A stretch of DNA of 64,000 bases from Phoronis australis (Eukaryota; Animalia; Phoronida): the NCBI GenBank assembly GCA_002633005.1, contig NMRA01000082.1, positions 410,576-474,575 on the forward strand. Direction: 5' to 3'. The translations under genes were made by a program, and so were the position numbers. Positions 40,901 through 51,096 of this stretch are shown piece by piece (position 1 is the stretch's first letter; each line of letters begins with the position of its first letter). The notes beneath the pieces are model-generated. The model saw nothing but the letters and a program-made list of their open reading frames with translations, was not told the origin of the DNA and searched no databases.

Positions 40901-43540
40901 GTCCACCGTCAGTTTGGCCAGTGCTTTTAGATGTTGTTCTGATGCAGTCCCGTCCTCCCCAGTCTCGACTTCGCTGTTCTCATGCTCTTCTGCAATGGAA
41001 GACTCTCCCACATTTGTGTCTGAATTGCAACGTGATCCGTCTCGATTAGTACCATCACTGCAGGTGGCACTGACTGGTACATTACTCTCATATTGTGTTA
41101 GCACCTTGGATCTCTGTTGTGGCGTGGAACATGGTGAATCAGAATTTACCTCTTTTATAGAGTTGTCATCCAAAACAGGCTCTTCTTGCACAAAGGCTGC
41201 CAGCCGTATATGTCGTTCTTTTCCTTTACAGACCTGCACGATGTCGTCCACCGAGCTACCACCTGGTAAATTGGACCAACCTGGGTTTTGAGAAAGCCCC
41301 CTCTTACCATTCTCATATCTTTCATTTTCACAGTCACCATCAACACTCGTTTGTTCCTTGTGGTTGTGCTCTGTGACTGTGAACCTAACACCCTTTTGGT
41401 CGTCTGGCAACTCAAAGTACCTGTTGGTTTCGTGAAACTTAGGCCAGCAGTCCTGATTGCCACTCTTTTGAAGTTTTGAACCGGATTCGACGTTGTCCTC
41501 GAAAACAGGTTGATTTGACTTTGCTGCGAACTTCTCGGTTATTTTCCTAAATTCTTGGTCAATCATCCTCTGCATTTGAGCTTCTCTGCTGCCAAAGTCA
41601 TCATGCGCTTTTCTTGAAATTGTGGGGATCTCATTATTACAACAAAAATCTCCTGCTTTAGAAGACCTCTTCAATTTATTGGTTTTATTCTCTGTAGAAT
41701 CGTAAAGATGTTGCTTGTCAGCTGACATCACCATTCCAATGACAACGCTGTTACTGTTGCCAGGTTTACCTGAACAGAGTTTAAGGATGTGTTTGCACGA
41801 GGGATCCACCTTGCCAACGGACCACGGGACAATAAATCCGTTAGAAAACTCATTGCAGATGGTCAGGAAATGCCCAGTTGGCATATTTTCAAATATGGCA
41901 TATTCGCCACTCGGGTGCAGACTGTCGAAGAGGCAGCGCTTGATGGATTTCTCTCTGTCATATTCTAAATATACGGGGGTGATGTCGCAACACAGAGACG
42001 TGATGATCTGTCCTCCGATCACGGCGGACATCACATACGGTGGGGGATTCTTGTTGGACGACGCAGGCAGTGGTATCTCAAATACCCTTCTAGCCTGTCG
42101 CAAGGCTTGGTGGAGTCTTGACGGATACTTCCCGGTTAAAGTCTCATCACCAGGTGTCGTTTGGTTGTCGTTTTGGAGGACCGTATTATCAACCGTATTA
42201 AGAGCTTTTAGCATAGTTGTTGTTGTTCGCATGCCTGTCGACGACTGCATGCTGGGGTGTTCCGTTTTATCTGTGACAGGGACTGGCGCCAATTCTGAGT
42301 TCTCTATTTTGTTTCCTTGATCAAGTGTAGGACTTTCCATGGAAGGTGACACTTGCACCTTGGCGGTGATTTCATCAGTTGACTGTAGACGTGTATGTAA
42401 AGATGTGTTGGTCATGTTCAGAGCTCTATGTCCGTCGATAAGCTGTTCCATTGAAGACATAACTGTACCCGGCTTGTGTAGATGGCGCTTTATGGCTTTC
42501 TTCTGTCGGTCTGTAAGGGAACTGGACTCAGCTAACTTCTGCAGGGTCTTGTGGGACAGCTGTGTTATATCAGATTTTGCCGAGAGCCCTATGTTGTTCT
42601 TTTCCGCCACCGTAAGTACCTGCGCCTTGTCAGCGAGAACCGAGGCCTTTAAATGCACCGGTTTGGAGTTGTCAAGTCCAGGGCCAGTCTTCGGAGTGAT
42701 TACTCTGGTTAACAGGGAGGAACTAACATCTGCTTCCAGCAGGGATGAAGTTTCTTTCTCAACAAATGACGCCTGGCAGTTCTTGCCTGTCCCAATTACG
42801 GTAATCATTGGGCAGTAACAGTGCTTCAATTTCGTACACGAGTGTAACTTTGCCGAGACATGATCGTCCTCGCTGACTAGGGCAGCATGTTTTTTGGTGA
42901 TAACAGCCCCCACACATCTCGTAGGCACATCACGGCCCTTCTCCACTGACAGCTGCACCAGACTGCTAGCCAAAACCTCCTTCACAGTCGTGCGACTGGC
43001 TTCGCTGACAATTGAGTTTTTGACGACTTCTTCAACGAGTGATTTGCTGATGTTAGCGAGCCACTCACTGTGCGCATGCGCCACGCACTGTTCCACCGTC
43101 TGTTTGGCCAGTGCTTTCAGATGTTGTTCTGATGCATCCATATCTTCTTCAGACTCACCCTCGATGGATGCACTGTTTTCCGTAGTGATCAACTCGACCA
43201 CATTGGAGCATGAAATGTCACTTGCCCCGTCATCCTTCTTACGGTCACTGCAGGTGACGCTGGTTGGTGCATTGCTGTTACCCTTCTGTCTGCTGTCTCG
43301 TCTTTTACGTTTACTCGAGGTTTTACCAGGCTTGTCTGGTGTCATGCTATCAATTTTTTCCTGGAAGCTATTGAGCTGATCTAGCATTGCATACAGCTGA
43401 TTAGTAGTTTCTTCAGGCAACTGGCTCAAGTCAGATTTTGCAGACAAACCTAAAGAGTTTTTCAACTTACACAAGCGTTCTGCTTCTGACGGAGGATCAT
43501 TTGTGACTTTTCTCTTGGAACGCTTGTCTCTTCTGCCCAT
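37907..43540 (-). CDS. Large uncharacterised protein (1877-aa ORF; main exon probably 43540-37961, spliced to short 3' exons)
   Basis: 5.6-kb stop-free frame with internally duplicated protein domains. Acceptor-like TTTCATGTTTACAG lies just upstream of the ATG. Donor ATG|GTAAGA at 37961. Basic NLS-like tracts at both ends (MGRRDKRSKRK; RKRKRRSPDQFGGKKAKKRGK). No family recognised. Confidence 0.8.
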   Translation of the reverse strand: MGRRDKRSKRKVTNDPPSEAERLCKLKNSLGLSAKSDLSQLPEETTNQLYAMLDQLNSFQEKIDSMTPDKPGKTSSKRKRRDSRQKGNSNAPTSVTCSDRKKDDGASDISCSNVVELITTENSASIEGESEEDMDASEQHLKALAKQTVEQCVAHAHSEWLANISKSLVEEVVKNSIVSEASRTTVKEVLASSLVQLSVEKGRDVPTRCVGAVITKKHAALVSEDDHVSAKLHSCTKLKHCYCPMITVIGTGKNCQASFVEKETSSLLEADVSSSLLTRVITPKTGPGLDNSKPVHLKASVLADKAQVLTVAEKNNIGLSAKSDITQLSHKTLQKLAESSSLTDRQKKAIKRHLHKPGTVMSSMEQLIDGHRALNMTNTSLHTRLQSTDEITAKVQVSPSMESPTLDQGNKIENSELAPVPVTDKTEHPSMQSSTGMRTTTTMLKALNTVDNTVLQNDNQTTPGDETLTGKYPSRLHQALRQARRVFEIPLPASSNKNPPPYVMSAVIGGQIITSLCCDITPVYLEYDREKSIKRCLFDSLHPSGEYAIFENMPTGHFLTICNEFSNGFIVPWSVGKVDPSCKHILKLCSGKPGNSNSVVIGMVMSADKQHLYDSTENKTNKLKRSSKAGDFCCNNEIPTISRKAHDDFGSREAQMQRMIDQEFRKITEKFAAKSNQPVFEDNVESGSKLQKSGNQDCWPKFHETNRYFELPDDQKGVRFTVTEHNHKEQTSVDGDCENERYENGKRGLSQNPGWSNLPGGSSVDDIVQVCKGKERHIRLAAFVQEEPVLDDNSIKEVNSDSPCSTPQQRSKVLTQYESNVPVSATCSDGTNRDGSRCNSDTNVGESSIAEEHENSEVETGEDGTASEQHLKALAKLTVDQCVEHAHNEWLANIGKQRVENLVRTTIISEASRRIVGEAVASGLMQLSVEKRRDAHRRCVENVATLKHASLVTSDGNEFAKPCPYTGLKCKASIHNECPLKSLVVTSRTTHGSSFERNISAATLVGTNKSRQGSSVEKGYSSQQDRVVIPAMRHKTSRRKNDTRLESVKLMTWAFANNVPLFTVAEKNSLGLSAKSDILQLPKKTLEKLAVSSSLTEQQRAVIKKHLYKSVIVIPSLEQLMNRLIALKKVKDHLHERKRGQMTSVVSDFRTISCGNVQRSSRDHDVVSSINGGIDAQPILQFNANDIERAINYSLTSAQNNHGRTDNNRSTGDPACIGHEQLRNRSVGAQHICNTHPNDRSGNSQSTGERLSHHKNIEYQSTGHSLPQCGNVEIQGTGEFLSHDGNTQTTGDTLSFGRSDETQRSGAFLYVRQEQQRNLRDQSGETQRPDDSLPRDKSDQTQGISDPIPYRMKDESQIIEDALTRGVKCKSQVTGDPLHRSLKTESTEDPQPRGRSDQTKNTGDLLNHSRSNASRSTGDPLAHVKSYYNQSTCNTPCIGHEQQRIHTDRSYRSSNKCDPLYTNPGQQRTPCSNTAHNKHLWFFNLAGTECDAPRLLAAVNNHNLCILKEAGANKRLFVYMGNHPNLEWMDTALNAKPVDSVETIATKMYSCFNIMSDMKVCYMELHEVTPVAEGLCASQFVSTCQLWPGGNRMEQPKSLTGRNRDFWSDEDKKYFAEKQINLTIDYTVSMVKHSMYFEHGIELIGFCNWVDSFLFKTLPKTSWTEPEDSQKASRIQRTGSSRQKQVSNAKQTNADSLLNTNTNSDKESLGSDHCDLQPSLEVDVFSLCQNGEQSNSSSEPAKRELLRDAGQTKTQLCKNQWAKTNRLSMHLGWRYGDEDMSYNHVMANVLTMTSDRKRKRRSPDQFGGKKAKKRGKGCVDTAGPTLSSAIVQNSTARHGKGVKRNSSDDPTRIPMARSKMVREVYFFPIQHGLGLLL

Positions 43541-44099
43541 TGTTTGTTATTTGATCTGTAAACATGAAACGGGTTAGTTCTCATTGTTACAAACTGGACT
43601 CTGAAAATCTCAGACAAACAAGACATGGAATAGCCCAAACAAATTAAATTACAGTTCACCTCGTTTTGGACATATCATATACGCTCTGGTATAATCCAAC
43701 ATCAAGCTATAAGTCCCCGTACTTTGGCTTATTCACTGCTATGAGCTCGCTACTCTCGTATTAACCCACATCAAATTTCCTCACATTTCTTAAACCCACC
43801 TTCTCGAGTACGAACTTAGAAAATCATACATCTCAGTCCAAAGCTGCCTAAGCAGCTTGGAAACGATACTGCTAAATTAGTTAGGTGTGCCCCTAACTTC
43901 GACGACTACTGGCGCGTAACTGTGGATAATTCTGGACGTATTGCATCAGCAAATGCCTGAACTCCAAAAATGCTGTCAAAGTTTCCCGCTAGAGGCTCCA
44001 TTCCATATAAACGGAAAAAACGCACAACACAATTCTTCCTAACTTTGGACTGAATAGGATGAGGCAGATGAATAATTCTTACGGTATTCGTCAGTTTTC

Positions 44100-44810
44100 G
44101 TATTACAACTGATAATTAATAACGTTTTAAGAATTTTGACAAAATATTTGAAATGTCATTAATGTGACAAAGAGTGCGACTTGGGTGTTTCTCGTATTGT
44201 AAACGAGGATCCTTTTTAAACGGTATCATCTAGCAGCATCTTTTGCAGTCAATATATCAAAACGGGGACTTTTTAAAAACTATTTAGGTTGATATGTATT
44301 GTGTCCATTTCATATCTGTTGACACAAATTTTCATAATTATATATAACAATTGCAACAAAATCTCATATAAAACTTGTTCAATTCGTTGTACCCTATGAG
44401 CGATAAAGGTAAAATATTATTCTTTATTCATTAGAACGACGATTAGTTCAAATTAAGAACCAGAAAGATTTTATGATCAGAAAATGATCAAATATAAACA
44501 AAATCGCTACTTATAACAAATTCACAGCTTTGAGACTCAAGAGATGCAAAAATTATGCAAGCAAAAGTTTTGGTTTACCAAAATATTTCTCAATTTTAGT
44601 TGCTGGTGTATTTTACATATTTGACGTGCTCTAAAAACTTTTGCCACTAAATGCAGAATACATTCAGTACAAACTGCCTGCAAAATAACATTTATAAGTT
44701 AACCAAAAGTGCATATGCTTTAGTAACTCCAAATCGCACTCCTCGTTACATTAATGACTGTTCAAACGGTTATCAAAATCTCTAAAATCGGATCATCTTG
44801 AGTTCTAACA
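44100..44810. mobile_element. Degenerate ~700-bp foldback element upstream of the large ORF
   Basis: ttttaagaattttgac..tttgaaatgtcattaatgtgacaaagagtgcgacttggg (44125-44185) is inverted relative to tccaaatcgcactcctcgttacattaatgactgttcaaacggttatcaaaatctctaaaa (44728-44787). Confidence 0.55.
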
Positions 44811-47800
44811 CGTGTGTGAATCTAATTACAATCCAGTTTTAGAGTTTTCTAATAGAAGATTGGGTTTTGCAGAAAAATATAAAAACTATTTGTGCCATTA
44901 AGCACTTTCCGATGCGCTGGGTCGAGAGCTGGTACCCGCCAATAGTTACCATCCAGGGAGTGATCCAAATCGAAAACTGAAGTACAACGAAAATACGAAA
45001 CATGCCGACGGTCTTATACACAGATTTCCGATACAACCCACCCGTGCATAAGCCCACCTTTATTTTTGAAGCTGTCTAATTACAAATACGTCAGTTTTTA
45101 CCAGAGCGGACATGGTAATGCAGTGCAACTGATGTAACACAGACCTCCCAACAAATGTCTAGAAATATGGAAAGGTTAAGAAAAGGGGATGAGTTAACAC
45201 AGCAAGCACTAGATGTAATACGAAAGACTATCTGCTGATAATTTTGCTTAAAGGCTGAGACGCCCGCAGCCTTTCGGAGTCAGAACCGTTGCAGACTCCT
45301 CAGGCCAGATACATGTAGACACATGAAACTAACATAGGTAAGTAGTACAACAGGTAAGACACACTGAGTTTACACTGTGTGACTTGTTCACAATGTTACA
45401 CTTTCAGTCTCAACAACTGGTCATTTGGTTTTCATGAAAATTGTCTAAAAAGTATCGAAATACGTTCCAGAGTAAGTAAAACGTGCCAAATTGACCAAAA
45501 GCGCCTTAAAATGCAACATTGCTGTATAATGGATATTTCTAACCGCAATCTTCTACTTTGATATGTGTTTCAGTGGCTGAAGGATGAACACGTGGCCATC
45601 TTTGACACCTGAAAATAAAGGGAAACAATATTCAGTGACAGTCACATTTTCTTTAACAAGTTTAATAGTTTCGGAAAAAACTTACATGTACGAAGTTTTT
45701 AAAATAGTCACTGCAAATTAGCTTCAAAAACACATACATAGCACAAGATTTGTTTTACCTCATTCTATTTAAACAATATAGAACCATCAAATCTGCGATA
45801 ACGTTCTTTCAGATAAATCGTAAACCAACACTTACAATAACAAAAAACGAGTTCGCGACATTACTAACCATTAGTTGCTTCTTTGAAATACGGCCCATGG
45901 TGTCAAAGAGAAGTCAACATATGTCATCCATCAGCCTGAAAAATCTAACGGATACAGTTAGCATGATTTGTTGAATTTTGATGAATAACAAAAATGGATG
46001 TTTCTTCACTTTAACTCCAGAATTTTATTGGATGGATCTAGATCTCAAAAGGTGGAATTGTTGGGAGGCCTACATACCATGCTTAAGTTGTCTCCATTAT
46101 CGTAAGTGAGCTTGCCACAAGTTGCAAAAAGCTTTTGTTACAACTTATTAGTTAACCCAAATAACTTTTGATCACACGACACAAGTTGCAAAATGGGTCT
46201 CATCTTGCTCTTTACTCGGATTAGAGGTGGATTATGGGATTGCGGACAACTGATTTTTGCTATTGCTGAAGGTCAGGGTCACTGAGCTTACTGGCTTGTA
46301 ACCGCCGTTCATTTCGTAGGCCGATCATGGTCACGAACCACATGTCATTTACTCTCAAACCCAGAATTCAGTCCTCATCAGAGTAAAGAACACGAAGACC
46401 AATAGTAATTTGAAAAATCAAGTTAGAAACTATGAAATCCACATGCTTACAGAGAATCGTAACACGCGTTAACTATTGCTTATTTGAGTTTGATTTTTCC
46501 TTGTGTCAATTTTGTCCGTTGCTGGTGTTTCAGCCCTCCAAAATTGTTTAAAATGGCACACCGACACTCAAAATTGTGGAAAACAACAGTAACCGATCAG
46601 TGCTCTTCGAATTATTGTCATTTCTTCGACAAGTAATATTTTTTCGAGGACTAACCGACTGTTTCGTAGGCTGTTATCGTGGACTCGTATAACGAAGAAC
46701 ATTTCTCACATCTTGGACGTAATTAGACAAAAATTTGAATCAAACATGTCATGACTTACCTAGCTACAAATATGTTATACCGCCGTTCCTTGTTCGGTAA
46801 GATTTTCTTAAAATTCTTGAAATTTGTTCAACTTTATAAAGATCGCTTTTGCAATTTCTTGACTATAGTCGTCAGGATAACCATTTGATTAAAACTGACG
46901 TCAAACTTATGCGCGCTAAAATATAGTGCCTAAATGAACAAGACAAAACAAACTAAAATTTGACTTTATTTTCAAAGAAATATATTTTTGGAAAGGAAAT
47001 CGTGGAACATATTTACAATTTTATGCTTGTTTCAAAGTTTTGTGTTACGTTTCATAGTTACCAAAATTGAACTGATTTGTTTTGTTTTTAATTACTGCGC
47101 GCCCTTCAACGCAATCATCTCTGTGTGACGTATTGTCTTTTTCGAAGTGCCGCTTCCAATCAAAATCGTAGGATTACGTTTTCACAAGATGACGTTGCTT
47201 TCCATTGTTATATTTTTGCTAAGTCATCACTCCTGAAGATTACTATCATCATCACTGAACTAAAACCAATATCTAATTCAATGCTCTTCAGTTTTCAACT
47301 CCAGCAATTCTGAAAATAAACTAGAAACAATACATGTGAACGTAAATAATAGAATTCGTGGAAACCCGTCACATTTGCGTTTGGGCTTCAGTACAGTAGA
47401 CGCTGGGGCACCAAGCTTTTGGAAATGCTCGCATGGAATAGCTCGTTGAAAAATCTTTTACCACTTGATACTCCAATACCTTCATTCGAATGGTTTGACG
47501 AACTTGCAATAAAGCAGACCTTCGTGTTACATCATTCTCCCACCCCCGGGCAACCGTTGAACCACAGGCACTTATGTCAGAACGAGATAACCGATTAAAC
47601 TTGTGACAGAAAAGGCTTATCAAGCCTGTACAAACATTACCTTCATTTCAGCTTCCGCAGCAGACTGTGTATTACGTCGAAGCGCATCATAGAAACACCT
47701 ATTTGTTACCTTTTCTATTGTATAATCAAACATGTCCCCCTGGACATCTTAAATGTCAATTGTTATATAGTGTTTGATTTTACTTTATTTCTGATCCTGT

Positions 47801-49351
47801 TGACGAAGGACATTATTTGTAGACAGCAGAAGACGAGCGATTTTAACATTTTGCGAGACGTACGTTCAACTCGTATTTCTGTAAAATAATTTGACTCGTA
47901 AATTTACAGACACAAGTGGAATATTTTACCAAAGTCACCCAACCCAAGGATTTGGGGCTTTCGTGAGGGGTAAAAATGACATTCTAATTAGGGACCAACT
48001 CACGTCTTCATTCAATAATCGGGTAATCGTCAGTTCGCCCAGCCATAAGTACCGCTTGCAAAAAATACAATCGAACCTTGTTCCTGTTGAGAAAATTATA
48101 AGCGAACGCGAAAACTTGCAAGACAATCCCGGTTTGAGTTTCGCATATATATCTACCAGTTTACGATGTGCTATCGGACGTTAAAATGCACACAAAAAGG
48201 TACCTGGAGTTTTCGTATCAGTTACGTACAATTGCAAAGCTAAAAGGAATCTCGAAATTGGTGTTCGTGTCGATTTGAGAACACTGGAACGCACCGCGAT
48301 ACATTGGCGAAAGGTACCAGAAGCTTACGTACGCTATTCCTCCTTAAATACTGACTTTGGAGTTGTTGCCCTGTTTGGTAAATGTGTATAAAAGCAATTT
48401 GGTGGATCATACTAGGCGTGCGTTCCGCAGGCGCGAGAACCTCACGAAAACGTGCAACTAGCCACGCAAGACTGCAGATATTACCACGCGTTACCAACCG
48501 AAGAACGTGATCGCACTAGCTTCCTTCGCGAGGTTCTTGCATATGCAGACCTCAACCCAGGTTAAGCTAATACAGCAGGCAAAGGGCCCGTTCATAACGA
48601 ATAATTAGAAAAGACAACAAAAGTTAACGCAATATTTAAGGTTCGTTGCCTTTTTACATGGTAAAAAATTGACGAACAACCAACCCTAGCTTTAACATCC
48701 GGGCTCTTTTGAAGTGCCTGAGGTAAACACACACGTTTTTTAAGTGTAAATAAGTTTACTGATAATCAAATGAAAACGTAACAATAACGTTATGCAATAT
48801 TGCCATGGTCTCGTTCAAACACGCCCACACATTTAACCAGGGGACAAACAGACAAGTAGACCTACTACAGATAGGCTAAGGGTGCCCATCTTTCATCCAC
48901 CAACTGACAATTACAATTAAGAAGGAAAGTGAACTTTTCAACATCATCACAATCAAATAGGTTACTGTTGAGCTTGACAAAACATGGTTCAGAACTTTCA
49001 AGTATTCACAACTTCCGGTGTTCCCACTTTATCAAAGACCACATCAACGCCACTACGATTAACAGATAAATACTAATCTTAGACCAAAAAGATGATACCA
49101 AATTACAATTAAAACAAACAAACAAAAAAATACTTGCAAAAACTCCATAAATCATAAATACAGATGCCAATTAATTTAAAGAAACGGGTTATCCACGAGC
49201 CAAACTTCAGAAATGAAATTTAGAGACAAAACATGTTTTTCCATCATACATGAAAAGAAACTACCATCTCAAATTCACCCAATATCTTCCTACTTTAGTC
49301 TTCTAAAAACAGGATATGTCAAGGAACTACCCACATCCTGTGGAGCATTAA

Positions 49352-49704
49352 AAGGATACCAAAACCGGTTTTGGCTTATTAACAGACACTAAAAACGACT
49401 TTCCATCCAGTTCTCTGAAACAAAATAATGCTCTGGTAATCCACGACAACCCTCAAAAGTTTGGAGGAAAATTTGAAACTCCTTTCAAAGTCTGCTAAAC
49501 CGCAAGCGTGACCTATACTTTGAGCGAATTACACAGCTACTGTGGAAAAACACTGCCCCCAAGAGCATAATATCCAATCTGTTACATAGAGACCATGAGC
49601 TTTTAGTTGATTCCTGCCTCTAACTCGAAAGGTCCACGCCAATGATGCATTCGCAGGTGACACGAGGAATGGTTGAAATGGTGAAAACAGGGTTTAGTGT
49701 CCCT
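49352..49704. mobile_element. Possible ~350-bp TTAA-flanked (Kolobok-like) MITE
   Basis: ttaa|aaggataccaaaacc ... ggtttagtgtccct|ttaa; degenerate TIR (about 10/14). Confidence 0.4.
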
Positions 49705-51096
49705 TTAAAAGATTTGTCATTTCTTGTAAAAAGTCACAATATTAATAAGGGAAAAGACAAGGAAGATTTTACAATACTGAGTGACATAAATCACACTTGG
49801 TTTTGACAGGTGTAAGTTATTACATTTACGGTCAATCAATCATTGGTGAGTCATTCACTTTTTAAACTACTCTGATTCGAAACTGAAGACATATTACATA
49901 CACACTGCCACCAGATAAATAATCAATCACTTGTAAACACCAAATAACATTTCATTGAGCAAAAAATTCCAAAATAAATCATCATTTAATGCATCAACAG
50001 CAAAAAAATGCCAACAATCGTATAAAACAAAACTGATCAGTCACCTTGACAACAAGAATATCAATAGTATGTCTAGAGTATATTTTACAAGTTCAATTTC
50101 TTAATAATATGCCTCTGTATTGGCAAAATGCGAATTGTAAACAATCTTCTTCCATCATGGCAACTGCAAGGATTCTCACCAACAGTGATCTATTCCCAAG
50201 AACACAATTCTTTCCTTACAAGCTGTAGTTTTTCATCAATATACAGCAATTAAGCTGCGTTCTCACATATCGTATGATCTGGCCACTATATTGTTTCCTA
50301 AACCTGAATTTTCAAAACAGTGCAATACTTAAATTGAGACTGTGTGCTATTTTAAAGACTAAAAACCTTCAACTTTCAATTAACTCACATAAAAGGAGCT
50401 AACACCTACAACCCACCTGACCTCCGTACTCCGTCCCATACGATAATACACAGGAAATACCTTCTTGCAAAGCTCAAATTATTTCTTCACAAATTTAAAA
50501 TAAAAAAAACAGATTGGCCATTTAAACATAAAATGCTTGAATACAATAGTCACCGTAGACACAAGGTCACACGGGGCACACATAACCCCACTTTAACACT
50601 ACAACTCCCCCTGTCCATCACCACCTACATGCCAAAAACTATGCGCTAAAATTCCATTTTCCTGTCTTGATGGGCAATACACGACTCACTAGAATCAATT
50701 TCTCAACCAGTAACTCAGAACGATCAACACCAGTAACAGAAAAAAGCATTAGTGATAACACAGCTCACTGGGTTCTCCAAATTAAATACCCTCAAAAGTT
50801 GCGGATATTTGAATAGGGGGCACCTGACCAACAATTCATGACAGTAGTGACCAGTCACGGTAGGTTCTGACCACTCATGACAACGCCAGCCAATGAGTCT
50901 AAGAAATTATGGACAATCATAACGATGTTCGAGATACCTTTGAAAAAAAAGTTTTGGCGATTATTTTCTGAAATTGGCTAAATTTTACCATTCTCTTAAT
51001 GTTAAATTTGCCTCAACTCAGGACATCAAGAAACTACAGGTCAGTATGTCTGATAATTTTCGAGCGCGCACTGTATGAAGTGACATGTTTACAATG

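Noticed and set aside
40167-43379. Several 100-200-aa plus-strand ORFs
   Set aside because: Antisense shadows of the 1877-aa ORF; they repeat only because the sense protein is duplicated.
46345-46390. Minus-strand CUGAUGA hairpin
   Set aside because: No GAAA and no stem III; only a simple hairpin.
47300-48600. Short ORFs between the orphan gene and the PEX11 3' end
   Set aside because: No consistent exon chain or recognisable protein.
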